The position numbers and the translations under genes were made by a program. From Camelus ferus (lineage: Eukaryota), in the NCBI RefSeq assembly GCF_009834535.1, contig NC_045697.1:7504001-7568000 (forward strand): a stretch of 64,000 nucleotides of DNA. Direction: 5' to 3'. The notes beneath the pieces are model-generated. The model saw nothing but the letters and a program-made list of their open reading frames with translations, did no database searches and was not told where the DNA came from. Positions 50,362 to 63,504 of the stretch are shown here, in pieces (the first letter of the stretch is position 1; every line of letters begins with the position of its first letter).

Positions 50362-51734
50362 TCAGCTTTAATGGTGACTATGCAATCCCTTCATTAACCA
50401 CATGATGCTAAGTATTTAAGTGCCAGTCTCTGTTCAAACACTTGGCATGTATCTGAGAACCAAGCCAAACCAAGAGATGCTCATGCGGTCAAATGACTCA
50501 AATGTTGGGTCAGAAATCAGAACAACTGCCCTAAAAATGTGCACCATGAGGGAGAAGGGTGATGTTCTCCAAGATACTGAGTCACACGTTTCCTTCTGAG
50601 CTCCTTCTGTTCTCCGAAGCAAATCTCTTATGCAAGCAAAAATAAATAAATAAAGCATCACTCAGAGTCAACTTTATTTTGATGTTAATTTACAAGGCAT
50701 CCATGTGACCCGATTAACTAAATGCACTGTACGAAAGAATCTATTCTTGAAACGAGTTTTCCTTCAACCTCCTTGGAGAACTACACTGGAGGCCTCCTTA
50801 TGGGCTGCCTTTCCCCAGGCCTTGCTTTCTTCTTTCTCTGAATCACACATGCTTTGATTAGCATCACTCATTTGGGAATATTTCTCGAGGAGATTTCTTT
50901 TTTTTTTCCCCCCTCCACTTGCCTCGGGTTTGTATAGGTTATTTAATAGTGCAATTAATTATTGTTTTATGACCAGATGAAGGGTTCTTTTATTTGTTCT
51001 TTCTTCATATTTTTTTCATCGCTGAGATATGAATAACTTTTTCTTCCCCAAAGGAGAATAAAGCGGACTTTGATAAAGGTCAGGAAAAGAGAGTTGGAGG
51101 GAGGAAAAGTCATTTATTATCTCCCTTGGCACTTTCTGTTGCCTTTTGAAAAATAAAAATTCTGTCAGAATGAAGAATTTTAAAATAGCATGTGTTCACC
51201 CTAAAAACATAAGTTGCATTAGCAAAATGTTATATTTTTTTCCCCTTTTCCTCAAGTATTTTCTTTATTAGGCAGAAGTGATAGCTTGAAAAGAAACATT
51301 GATCAGATCTTGTAAGAGCCAGGGCTGAACTTTTCTATACAAGTTAATTTAACTCAAAAGGAGATATTTTGTTGATTATATATCCTTATTTTTTTTTATA
51401 TTTTTATTACTCCAGCTTATTATAGATAGAAACACCTGCAATCCTACATCTGGGCAAGTTTTTTGTGTTTTTTTTTTTTTTTAATCTCTCTTCACACAAG
51501 GAAGAAAGGAATCATTGCATATTCTAGGAGTTATGTTATTCACATAATGGAAGGATCATCTCAGTCTACGAGCAGTAATGGGAGTGGAATGAAACACATC
51601 ACATGGGTCCAGCTGATACCTTGACAAGACAATAGATGTACTAAATTAAACATATTTTGGGAGAAGAGGATCAATCTACCAGTTAACCCTATCAACCAGG
51701 TTTTGATATGAAATAGATGGCCACAAATTATCAG

Positions 51735-52130
51735 TTCACATTGCTTTGGTCAGCTTGGGCTGCTACAAATTGCCATATGCTGGGTAGCTTAACCAATAAG
51801 TATGTGTTTCTCAGATTTTTGGAGGATGGGAAATCCAAGATAAAGATGCTGGCAGATCTGGTGTCTTGTGGGGGCCCTCTTCTTTGTTTGCAAAAGGCCA
51901 TCAACTTACATCCTCAAATGGCTTTTCCTTGGTGCATGCACAATGATGGAGATTTTGTGTTTCTTTCTCCTTTTAATAAAGGTGTTAAGCCTATCATGAA
52001 GTCCCTGCTGTCATGAACTAACCAACCTTAATTACCTCCCAAATGCTCCACTTCCAAATACCATCACATTGGACATTAGGGCTTCACTGTGTGGATTTTG
52101 AGGGAACACAGACATTTCAGTCCATATCCG
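51735..52130 (-). mobile_element. MaLR solo LTR (MLT1A0-like)
   Basis: agcttgggctgctaca...ggaaatccaagataaagatgctggcaga...taattacctcccaaatgctccacttccaaataccatcacatt. Confidence 0.85.
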
Positions 52131-53289
52131 GCACACACTGTATTTACTTGTCTCTTGTGTGTTCACTACCCCATTGGGATTTGGTTGATTCAGGATCTGC
52201 TAACTGGGCTTGCTTCCCCGATGTAGGTTGGGTTTGGTTCTGTGCCACAAGTCTCTCGTCCTCCTCAAATCAGGTGTTAGCAAAGACACGTTCTTCTCAT
52301 AATGAAAGTCAGGCACTCATTCTCATTTCTCTTTGGATCACCTTTGCTAAAAAGAAAACCACTGGCCAAAACAGATCAAGTTAAGTCGGACCCAAATTCA
52401 TGAGGCCAGGGAGTACATCCCATCCAACACGGAGGTCGGGGGAGGGGAGAAAGTGAATGTATTCAGAAGCATGATCTGATCATGAAACTTTCCTACTCCA
52501 GAAAGCCTTCAGTGACCATTCTAATTCTTCTTCTCAGTAAAGTCAAAATAGTTGTACTTTTTTGGGGGGGGGTTGTTTTGTTTAAAGATTTTTACATGTG
52601 TATAAATTGCGCTCTACTGTAAAGTATTTGTTTATTTATCAGTCTCTTTCTAAAGGCCACCAGGAATGTTTCATTTTGTCTGGTGTACACAGCGATCAGT
52701 ATATTCAATAAATATTTATTAGACAGATTGGCTACAAAATGTGTGCGACTAATATTTCATGATGTTGTTTTGCATTTTAAGACATGCAATGAATAATATT
52801 TTAATGTTTTTATAAATTCTACCACCTCATACATTTATTAAGAGGATTAAACAATAGAGTGCACAGAACACCATAAACACCCAAGAAACACTAGCCATCC
52901 TTATTACAACTATTATTATTACATTTAAATTTAACAGCTAAGTTTGTACCTTATATCTCTATATATCTATTTTAATTTATATAAATTTCTTCCCACTACT
53001 ATGACTTATTATGCCTATTAAAGTACAGATTATCTCTACTAACTGGCTGCTGAAATCAGGCAGAAACAAAATAAAACAAATTAAACACCAGTTTCTAAGT
53101 TTTTGCACTACTACCCACACAGATCTGAGTTTCTATGTAAAGTTCTGGTTTTATGAGAATGTAACATTTTTGTGTAGAAGGAAAATTTTGGTTTGATTAT
53201 ATGCACGTTGTGAGTCATACCTTTTGAACATAATCATAACTATGATATGTAGAACACAGGGTGATATGAGGTTTTGAGCTGCTTTTATT

Positions 53290-54900
53290 GGGGCGTGTTC
53301 AAAGCAACTGAAGGGTATTTATAACTGCCCTCTGTGGTGCTAAAGGAAGCCTGATGCTGAGTGATGAGAAAGAGAGTCAATGGGGTTTGCTTGCAGAATA
53401 TGCTCCGGGATGACACTGTCACGTACAGAACTAACACAGTGTTCACTTGTGTGATGGTGAAAGTTGGGACATAGTTCTAAGCCAGAGTGAATAGGTTTAA
53501 TAAGGGCTGCTTTTGTTTGTTTGTTTGTTTTTGTTTAACCTTAAGCTGGCTTTCCCTCTGAGGGTATGCCCAAGCTGAGAAATTTCAGGGGGAATGGAGC
53601 TCCAGTGCAAAGTATTAGCCTTTTTGGGATGAAGGGCAAGAGACTGGATATGGGGTACTAGCAGGAGCTGCTGGAAATTTAGGGAAGATATGCCAGAAAA
53701 GGAAGTGCTTCAGAAGGGGATCTTCAAAAGTCTACATATAAATTCATCTCAATTTTTATCGGACTCCAGAAACGCATGTGTGCAGCTAATGAATCCAAGG
53801 TATCCAGCTAAAAGCAATAACAAGATGACTAAAGAGGTGAGCAGAATTAGCCACAGTTGCCCAGTGCTTGGGAAGGGTGTTGATACAGCCTTCAAACTTT
53901 CTACTGAAAACCCAAAGGGCCATGACTTCAGAGTAAGGGCATCACAGAAGTAAGCATTAAAACCTAGGATTAAGACAAATTTTAAATAGTGCTCAAAAAG
54001 CCTAAACCCAAGTTGCCGTGGGACCAAGATGATCCATCAGTGATTCCACTGCCTGTTAGAACCAAATCAATCTCTTCACAAATGAAGGGAAAAACAAAAA
54101 ACAAAAAACCTCCAACTCTCTCAGTGTATAGTTCACAATATCAAAATACTGGCAGAACAAAATACTGCCAGGCATGCAGAAAGTAGGAAAATCTGACCCA
54201 TTATCATAATAAAACTAGTCAATAAAAACAGACCTAAGCATATCTCAGATGTTGAAATTAAAAGACAAGGACTGTAAAATAACTATGATATTTTAAAATA
54301 TTTACAAGAAAAAATGATCAAGAATTTTCAGGAAAAAAGTGAGGGAATTCAGTTATACAGAGATTCTTAACAACCAAATGAAACGCCTAGAACTGAAATG
54401 TGCATTAACTTAAAAAAAAAGATGTTATTTATAATAGTTTTGGACAATGCATAAGAAATGGTTATGAATAGGAAGACAAGATCATCAAAATCATTCAAAC
54501 TGTAGGGAAATAATTGGAAAAATGGGCAGAACTTTGCCAAGTTATAAGGTAGTAGCTAACAGAGTCACACATGTGGAACTGGAGTTCAGCAAGGAGAGAA
54601 GAGTGAGCATAGGGCAAGAAAATCTCTTTCAAGAAATAGTAGATAAAGTATTTTCAGTTTCATTCAAACCACTAGCACATAGATGAGTGAATGCCAAACA
54701 GGATCAATACAGAGAAAAATATATGCCAAGGCATTTCATAGTCAAATCACTGAAAAGCAAAGTAAAGAGAATATCAAAAGCAATTAGAGAAAATACAAAA
54801 AAGATGCACCCCACAGAGTGAATTAGGATATGAATGATGGCTAACTTTTCAACATATGGGGTCTCGAAGATAATGGTGCAGAATCTTTAAATGATGAACA
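53290..54900 (+). mobile_element. Old L1M 5'UTR/ORF1 relic
   Basis: ccaggcatgcagaaagtaggaaaatctgaccca...cagatgttgaaatta...aaccaaatgaaacgcctagaactgaaa...catagtcaaatcactgaaaagcaaag. Confidence 0.7.
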
Positions 54901-54914
54901 TAAAAAAAAATCTT

Positions 54915-55415
54915 GCCATATTAGTTTGGCTACTACAACAAATTACCACAAATTAAAGGCTTAAAACAACACAGATTTATTCTTAACAATTCTAGAAGTT
55001 AAAAGTCTGAAATCAGTTTCACTGAGCTAACGTCAGTGTTGGTATGACTGGTTCCTTCTGGAGGCTCTGAGAGGAGAATGTTTTTTCTGTCTTTTTGGGC
55101 TTTTAGTGACCACCTGCATTCCATGGCTTGTGTCCCTTTCTTCAAAGTTCAAAGTCATCCATCCCCTCAATCTCTGTTTCTGTCACTCCATCTCCTTCCC
55201 AAACTCTCTCAAACTCCTTCTGTTTTCCTCTTATAAGGATCCTTCGGATGAGATTTGCGGCTTCCTGTGTAACCCAGGATGACCTCCCATCTCAAGATCA
55301 TTAGTAACACAACATAATATGGTACCTCAACTATATATCAATTTAAAAAGAGCATTATAACCTAATCATGTGTGCAAAGTCTTTTTTTTTTGCCATGTTA
55401 GGTAACATTCAGATG
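54915..55415 (-). mobile_element. MaLR LTR (MLT1D/E-like)
   Basis: aacaaattaccacaaatt...ggcttaaaacaacacagatttatt...ggttccttctggaggctctgagagga...ttttgccatgttaggtaaca. Confidence 0.85.
55304..55347 (+). mobile_element. 44-bp L1 3'-terminus insertion inside the MLT1 LTR
   Basis: aacataatatggtacctcaactatatatcaatttaaa, flanked by TSD aaga(t/g)catta at 55294-55303 and 55348-55357. Confidence 0.65.
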
Positions 55416-55442
55416 TTTCTACTGTCATCTTTCAGAATCCAT

Positions 55443-55506
55443 CAGTTTTCTGCAAGAAAATACAAAAATAGATGCAGTTTTCTGCAACAAAATACAAAAA
55501 CAGACA
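55443..55506. repeat. 32-bp imperfect tandem duplication
   Basis: cagttttctgcaa(g/c)aaaatacaaaaa(t/c)aga.. occurs twice. Confidence 0.9.
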
Positions 55507-56169
55507 GAAATTGCGATGGGCATATGGCAGGGCCCACCACTTACGCATTCTTTAGGTCCCTAAGGGTGGCATTAATGTCAGCCCTCTCACCCAGGAACCT
55601 GATGTTTTTGATCCACCCTCTTGGCTGGGAGGGGGAAGGTAAAATTTGAGAAGGTTTCACTTGGTCTTCTCCACTACCATAGCTCTTACCCCACCAGCCA
55701 AGGGACCAATGTGGGGGTTCCACCAGCTATCAAGCGTGCCAATCCCAGCTGTCTACTGAAGAACTGGGGAAGTGATCACTGAGTGGGGTCATAGACCCAG
55801 TGACCCACTCAACGCTGACTTTCACTTGTGACCTGCCTCCCTTAGGCCTAACACAAGGGTCTAAAAGATGACACTTTAGGGTTCCTGGTTTTGATAACAA
55901 CTCAGACCTCAGCTCCAACCCTGTTTCTAATGGTCTGTGAAATGCATTGCTACTCCCCTTTCCCCCAGCTGTGTAGTTACCTGAATTAATGGTTGCACGT
56001 CCCTTTGGGGAAAGACTGGGAGACTCATGTCTACCTAACTAAGCTGAATATTTGATTTTCAAGGACCCCTGGAAAGTTTACAAAAAATTTTCTAATTTTC
56101 AATTCCACATCATCACCACTAATATCATAACAAGACCGTAGACTAAAGCCACTTCAAAAGAGAAGGTTT

Positions 56170-56400
56170 ATGAGATGGTAGTTAGCTCTGAAAGCAGACT
56201 GAGTACAAATCCTAGCTCACAGGCTTTGTGACCAGTTACCCAACCTGTCTGCACTTTAGTTTCTTTACCTGTAAATGAGGAAGAATAATAATAGTGTTTA
56301 CTTCATAAGGACACTGAGAATACTGTGCAATTTAACAGATATAAAGCTCTAAAAATCAAGCTTGGCATAAAGTAAACCCTCTGTATTGGCAGCATCATTA
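56170..56400 (+). mobile_element. MIR
   Basis: ctttgtgacc...ctttagtttctttacctgtaaatgagg...ttggcataaagtaa. Confidence 0.75.
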
Positions 56401-57959
56401 CTGCCCGGCACCTCCTTACGACAATTGATACAGTTTTAGTCAGACAACCCTAATAAGGAGGGATCCCATCAGCAATCGAAAGTGTAATGTGTCCAACTTC
56501 AGTTTTTTTCCCTGTGTCCTTAAATACTCACAAGGTGTCTATAATGGTGCTGCTTTCTCAAGATTATAGGGGTATTTGGGATAGATTTTGTCTCAAATGC
56601 ACTTTTCCCAAATTGCAGTTCAATACGTTCCTCATCTTTTGCTTTTTTACCACAAATATAAAGTTAATGGGGCACATGCGTCTTGACTGCAGAGTTGGGA
56701 AGGACAGGACATTGAAAAATGCAGCTGGAACAGCTTGTGCTGGCTTCTAGGAACCAGGTGGAAGTGATCCTTTAATACGAAATGGCTTCTTGTATTGTGC
56801 AATCGGAGGCAAAAGCGAAATCTCTACCATCTAAATACCTTCCCACGGCCTGCACAGACTGGTGGCTGGAGTTTCTCTGACAGGAAATATCACCTTCAAT
56901 ATTCCAGAGAAAATTAGGTCTCAGTGACTTAAATCTAAGTCATTGTCACAGAGCTCAAGAGCTTTTGACGTTGAAAAAGTGACATTACCCATGAGTCTCA
57001 GTTTCTTCATTTGTAATGAGAAAACAAACTTGAAAAAATGTAGTTCTAAGGGACAATGAGATGGAGGCTGTAGGATCATTGATCACTGATTTCTTTTTCC
57101 TTTCCTCCTGGAAAAAGCTGTCAGATTGAGGTTGACACTTAGGTATAAATGGCAGGTTGCTCCTGGAGACCAAACACTTCTATTCAGAACAGTGTGCAAA
57201 CTAAGTTCCTAAAGGGAAAAGGAGGAGCGGCTCCCGAAAGGCCATCCGCAGGCCTGTCACAGTCTAGAGAGCTGCTTAAAAGACGACAGACCCAGGGCTC
57301 AGAGGGCTGGGGTCCTTGTCCCCGCCCTCCAGCTATAACAGTCTGGGTAATTTACTTAAACCTCTGATGTGAATTCCTTATCTGTAAAGACAATCTTATT
57401 GCCTGTTTACTAAGCTGTGCATAAAACAGATCACTTAGTGTAGATAAAATGATTGGAAGGGTGCCTGCACGTAGTAAGTATCCAGTCTCTCCAGCTGCTG
57501 ACAGCAACGCCAGCTTCCTCCCAGCTCTGCATACACACCAGGCTGCACGCAGGGGCCCGCCCGGTGCGTTCACACAGAGAAGCACCTCCACAGCTTCTCT
57601 GGCACCATGTGGAGAAAGAATTCCCAGCCGGCAATCCCATCCTCCCCTCTGGACTTAACACTAACAAAGCCTTCGCTAAAACGAGAAACACTCTCTTGAC
57701 AGCTGAGGTTAAACCTGAAATGTCTGTTCTAGACCTTCTCCACTTCTACCAGGACACAGGACATGGTCGCTGATTGCAGAAATGTGTTTGTGACATGGTT
57801 ATTCACAGATCTCTTGCTTTCCAATAATAGTGTAAATTGGCAAAGCACTGACGTTTATAGCACATCGTATAGCCTTTAAACTTCCCTTCAAAGCAAGTCA
57901 GAGCATGCACTGCTATTGCTGCGATATTTACGGATTTAGTGTCTGAGACAACACAGAGA

Positions 57960-58170
57960 GAACACCAGTTGAGTCTCTATTAAATGCACAGCATTGGTCT
58001 AAACACAGTTCAAGCATTAACTTGTTTAATCCTTTTGCAACCCTATGAAGCAGGTACTATTGTCAGTCCCTTTTTGAACAGGCAAGAAAACTGAATCATA
58101 AAGAAGTTAAGAAACTCAAGTTGTAAAAACAGGACTATCTAATCCAGAGTTCAAGTGCTCACCACTGAGC
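57960..58170 (-). mobile_element. MIR
   Basis: tttaatccttttgcaaccctatgaagcaggtactatt...gaaaactgaatcataaagaagttaag. Confidence 0.75.
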
Positions 58171-58279
58171 CAGAAGGCAGCAAGATCATGATGATGAGAG
58201 GAAATTGGAACGTTGTTTTAATTATTTCAAGTCACCTGCTTTGCCCCCAGGAAAAATATTAGCATTTACAAATATACTG

Positions 58280-60200
58280 GGCAAGGTGGTTGCCAAATAA
58301 TGAATATACTAACTTAGTGATGTTCCTTTATATAAGCAATAAACAGAAGATAGAATAAAAAGACTGCATTTCAATAGCAGCAACAGAAACCAGCAATTAA
58401 ATACCTCTGGAAATTTAGGGATTCACAAAACACATGAATAAAATTTAGGACCCCATTGAGACACATAAAAAGGAGGCAAGGATGAATGGAAGGACATATT
58501 TTGCTACTGGATGGGAAGAGTTAGAATTGTTAAAATGATATTTCTTTCCAAACTAATCAGTGAGCATAATGTGATCCAATAAAGAAGAAAAATAATTATT
58601 TTTCCTTTTCTGAAACTAGGTGATTTGCTTCTAAAGTTCATATGGAAAAATCTATATGTGACATTATTTTAAAATTTGGAGGGGGAAAATGGTGAAAGAA
58701 GACAAATCCATTAACTAACAAAATGTGTGATAAACTCTAGTAATTACAAGAATTTTATATTTCAGGCATAAAGAAACAGACCATAAGACAGAATATCACA
58801 CTCTAAATCATTTCTAAATAAACATGAGAAGTGGAGAAAAGAATGAATAACATTGAAGCTATCTGGTTTGTAAGGAGGAGCCACAAAGATGGCTAAAAAT
58901 TAATTCCCCAAACTGAACTAAATACCAGAATCCTAATATCTCTTATTCTTCCTTTATTTCTTACATGAAAGAAATACTCCAATAAATAAAATATTTAAAA
59001 ATTAAAGAATGGAACAAAAGAGCTGCAAAAAAAATAATTATTCAAAATATTGTTTTAAATTAAAGTTAAAATAATTATTAAAAGCTTTGGTTATGCCAAA
59101 AATCTTTTGTAATTCCCAATTGGAAACTTTAACTAAAGGAGCCTTCTTCTTGCAGGATATGTTTAGCATTTAAAAGATTATATAAAAACATGCCTGCTCC
59201 CTAATAGTTAGCAATTCTGCTCCCGTCACCTATAACACATAATAATAATCATCAGAAAAAGAGAGAAGATCTCTCTGATCATAAGGGACCAAATCCATCA
59301 AGCTGCATTAAAGTTAACTGCATTAAAATATAAAATAGTCCACATGTCCCCCCAAAACGTATCAAGTCAAACACATTAAAAGGCGGAAATTGTTTGCCAC
59401 AGATATGACTGTGTTATTCAGTGCAGGATACCATATTAAGCAGCAGAGATTTATTTCTCAGAGTTCTGGACACTGGAAGTCCAAGATCCAAGTGTCAGTC
59501 AAGTCTGTTCCTGGTGGGAGATCTCCTCCTCCTGGTTTACAGAAGGCCGCCTTCTTCCTATGTCCTTTACATGGACTTTCCTCAGTGCGTGCACTTAGTG
59601 AGAGAGACAGAGGTAAATCTCTGGTGTGTCTTCTTATAAAGACTTTAATCTGTCATGAGGGCCCCATCCTCACGGCCTCATCAAACCTAATAACCTCCCA
59701 AAGGCCCCATGTCCAGTTACTAACACATTGGGAGGTAGGGCGTCAACATATAAATTTTAAGGGGACACAGTTCAGTCCATAGAAGGTTAATTTCCTTTAA
59801 AATCCATTTAAAAAATTAGACAGTCCTAGATAAAAATGTATTGAGGACTTCAAATGTGAATTTAGTGAAAAATAAGTGGCAGTGCCATATAAACATGTTA
59901 AGCAACGTTAATCCATTTAAAAATGCAAATTAAAACTTCAGTGCACCATTTTTTCTTTTCCTTCCAAAATGTACATGATACAGAGGGAAAACGGGTGTTG
60001 CATAATCTTCCATTCTGGCTATAACGTGAACTGATGCAACCAGTTTGGAAGGGAGTACAGGAACATTTGGCAATATTTAAAAGTTAAAGATAGATAGATA
60101 AATAGACAGACAGGTAGATAGATAGAATATGTCTTTATCAATATATCTCAATTCAATAATTTCAACTGTATGAAATTATCCTACAACACAACTCTTCTAC
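58280..60200 (+). mobile_element. Highly decayed L1ME-like fragments, interrupted by MLT1
   Basis: gaatggaaggacatattttgctactggatgggaagagttagaattgttaaaatg...ctaaagttcatatggaa; aaatgcaaattaaaac. Confidence 0.65.
59410..59783 (-). mobile_element. MaLR solo LTR (MLT1A0-like)
   Basis: agatttatttctcagagttctggacactggaagtccaagatc...aaacctaataacctcccaaaggcccc...ggggacacagttcagtccatag. Confidence 0.85.
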
Positions 60201-60464
60201 ATAAGGGCTGATTTTGAGAATTACTAACATCAGGCATAAAGCACCCAGCACAGTTCCTGGCCCATGTCAAGGGCAACATTGAAGATGATCACAGGGCAGA
60301 CGGCAACTCTGTTTTGCAGATGAGGAAGGTTGCAGCCTTACGCTAGTTCAAACCATTCAGTGAGTTGAAGCTCCCCAAATCCAAACCTGGATCTACTGAT
60401 TTCAAATTCCATACTACACACCTGTGTCAAGATTATGATGGAACATCATGATAATAACTGGTCA

Positions 60465-60925
60465 AAGTTATTTTATCTGCTATTTATTACTCTATAAAGC
60501 CACCCCAAAACTGAGTGGCTTATTTCTCATGATTCCGCAGGTTGGCTGATCTCAGATGGGCCGTTGCCCTGATGGTCTTTGCTGGGTTCACTCATGCAGT
60601 GATCGTCACCCGGACGGTGCACCATGTCCACCAGGACAGCCTCAGCCCTTGATGTGGCTTTGGCTGGGCATCTGCATCCACCTTACGTCTTATTATTCGG
60701 TAGCCTAATGTGGGCTTGTCAATGCGGAACAGGTAAGCTCTAGGATGGCAAGTTTTGGTGCACAGGTAGATAGTAAAACTCTGCCAATTACACATTTGCT
60801 GAATTCCCACTGGCCAAACCATGTCAGGTGGTCAAACCTAGAATCACTGTAGGAAGGGACTACAAAGGAGTGTAGATGGCTAAACCCATGCTCCCTTAGG
60901 AGCCATGAGTGTTACAGCCCCCCAC
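60465..60925 (-). mobile_element. MaLR LTR (MLT1H-like)
   Basis: ataaagccaccccaaaactgagtggctta...cactcatgcag...cccactggccaaaccatgtca. Confidence 0.7.
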
Positions 60926-60974
60926 AGGGCTACAAATGGGCTGCACGCATCAGAGGAAGTTTGAAGTAGCCTGG

Positions 60975-61200
60975 GGCAAGCATCAGCAATCTACGGTCTG
61001 TTTTTGCAAATAACATTTTATTGAAATATTGAAACATAGCCACACCCATTAGTTAAATATCATCTGTGGAGGCTTTTTTTTCTTTTTTTTTATTTTTGCG
61101 AGAGCAGCAGGATCAAGCATTTGTAACAGAGTCTATCTGGACCACAAAACCTAAGGTGTTCACTGTCTTGTCCTTTACAGAGAGAGCTGGCAAACCCAGG
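60975..61200 (+). mobile_element. MER58-like MITE
   Basis: ctgtttttgcaaataacattttattga...agccacacccatt...cacaaaacctaaggtgttcactgtcttgtcctttacaga. Confidence 0.75.
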
Positions 61201-62022
61201 AGGCCCAGGAGGTGGTACCCCAAATCTGCATCCCACTTCATTTTCATATTTGAGTGATCCAGTTCCATTCCTCAAATCACTCCCAAGTCTCTACTCATCC
61301 CCCCCACCTTTTTTTTTTCTGCAAACACCATCATTCATTCTTTCTGTTCCATTCATGAGCGCTATTATTTTAAAATGTTATTACATCTTTATTTCCCTAG
61401 GATTTAATCCTAAAACGGTGCTCAATTTAAGCTATAATTACTGCAATTGGACAACAAGGATTACACAGTCACTTTACAGCAAAGATGCTTACAGGTTCTC
61501 CCTGTGGTAACTGTGACTGCACATTGTAATTCTAAATGGGACTGTTAACTTCGGAGTAATAGACAAGCACAATGAGAACGCACTTTGTTTGGAGATTCGT
61601 TTTGATGTTTTGCATTAAGTTCCCCCTAAATAGCAATAGGGCTTCAGCAAATAAATTACTCTTTCAAGTTGCTCTGGGCCCTAATAGACAAGATGCATTT
61701 AGAGGCGAGCTTATGAAAGGCTCCGAGAGACTGAAGGCCTGCTTGTGCTTTCCTGGAGTGCTCTGTCGACAGTGTAGTGACTGGAAACTATAAAAATGCA
61801 AGAGTCATTTGTCTTTTTATGACATCAGTTTACTCTGCTATCATATTACTTATTAAATCACCAGCTCAATACAGCACAGATAACCCCACTCCAGGACGCA
61901 TTACAATTTAGGAAGAATTAATGCTTGCTACATGTTTTTTTAGTTTAGCTTAGCTACATCTTTTTTCTTATTAGCTACATTTTTTTCTTATTATTTTAAC
62001 CTAAATGCCTCTTTCTATTTTA

Positions 62023-62132
62023 TTTATTTGTTTATTTTTTATTAATTTTTTTAATGGAAGTACTGGGAATTGAATACAAGACCTCATGTATGCTAAACAC
62101 ATGCTTTGCCACTGAGCTATATGCCCCGTGCT
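62023..62132 (-). mobile_element. vic-1-like camelid SINE, short form, more diverged
   Basis: Minus strand reads atatagctcagtggcaaagcatgtgtttagcatacatgaggtcttgtattcaattcccagtacttcc. TSD cctc(t/c)ttctatttta at 62008-62022 and 62133-62147. Confidence 0.85.
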
Positions 62133-63504
62133 CCTCCTTCTATTTTAAACCATCATTTGCTGGTTCTGTTCCTTACCCCTGGAACGTGCTTCCTTTCTGG
62201 TCACCTGTTAATAATCAAGACCTAGCTGGCGCCTTACCTCTCCTCTGAATCCACTTTTGTCACCAACACAGTTACCCGGAGGAAAGGTAATTAGTCTTCC
62301 CAATCCTTGGCTTTCTAGCTATAAACAAGAGAGAAAACAAAACAAACAAAACAAAACAAAAACACCGTCTATCTTTTAAGGCTGTGAAGATAAATAATTA
62401 TGTTCAAAATAACAACCACAAAACATGCCTGTGTCCACAGCTAGAGTAAATAAATATATGTGCGTTTCGAGCTCGCCACTGTCTTTTTTTCTAACTTTAT
62501 AGCATTTTCCCACGTGTCCACTTTATTGCATATTTTTCTTGATGCTATAATTATTTGACACAACTTTTTTTCCATGTCCTCAGATTGTGGAAATTGCAAA
62601 GTAATAGATCATTATTTAATTTATTCTTCTCATGATTGTCACCTTACGAGGTGAGCTATACGGTAGGTACTAAATTGTTTATGGAGGGAAGCAAGGAAGA
62701 AAGGGAGAGAGGAAGGGAGGGGGAGAGAGGGCAGGTCACATGGGCTGTGGAAGAGGGAGTTTGTCGATCATTAATGCAAGTGCACATAAATTTGCGCTTC
62801 TGTCGGAACAGAACCGCAGCTGGCAAAGGAAACTGCAGACTCATCAATATTTGAAAGGGAGAGATGAATAATTCTGAAGAAACTTTTAAATGACTTCCCA
62901 ACCTTCCTAAAATTCTAGGACTTAATCATCCATTTTAAAAGCTCTCTTTTCCTGTCAGAGTTCAGTGCTTTTAAAAAAATAATATTTGGTGGAGAAGAGG
63001 AAATAAATATTCAACTGATGGGCAGCTGAATTGGAGGAGCTATTCTTATTCAGGGCAGAGGGTGCAAAAAAAAAAAAAAAAAAGCCCAAGAGGGTAGACC
63101 TGGCTTTTAAAATGCAACCTGTCGTCTGAGTTGCCCCTTCACCCCCAATTTCAACAGCCTTTCTGCACTGATTCCTCCACAGAGGCTTATTGATGAGCGC
63201 TGGGTCTGGACTGTTCAAAATGTCCCCTCTAGGTCTCTCCTCCCCAGAGGGCCCTACGGGGTCCCCAGTTAAACTTTCTCTTCTCAGAGTGTGAACGCAG
63301 AGCTGCCTCTGCCTCCAGTGGAGGCCATGTCTGGCTCGCAGAGTCAGCTAGCCCTTGATGTCTCTTGCTCTGCTGAATTCTTTCTTTCGCTTTGCTTCTA
63401 TTTGGCCCATTACGTCCAACCTTTCCTCTATAGTCTTTTGTCATTTGGGCACAATCCACGCCTAACTGAGCATCACCGCCACCACTGCTGCACATGCGTA
63501 CGCT

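Noticed and set aside
61950..61990. ttagctacat(c)ttttttctta x2 as the SINE's TSD
   Set aside because: Both copies lie on the same side of the SINE, so it is a small tandem duplication. The real TSD is at 62008 and 62133.
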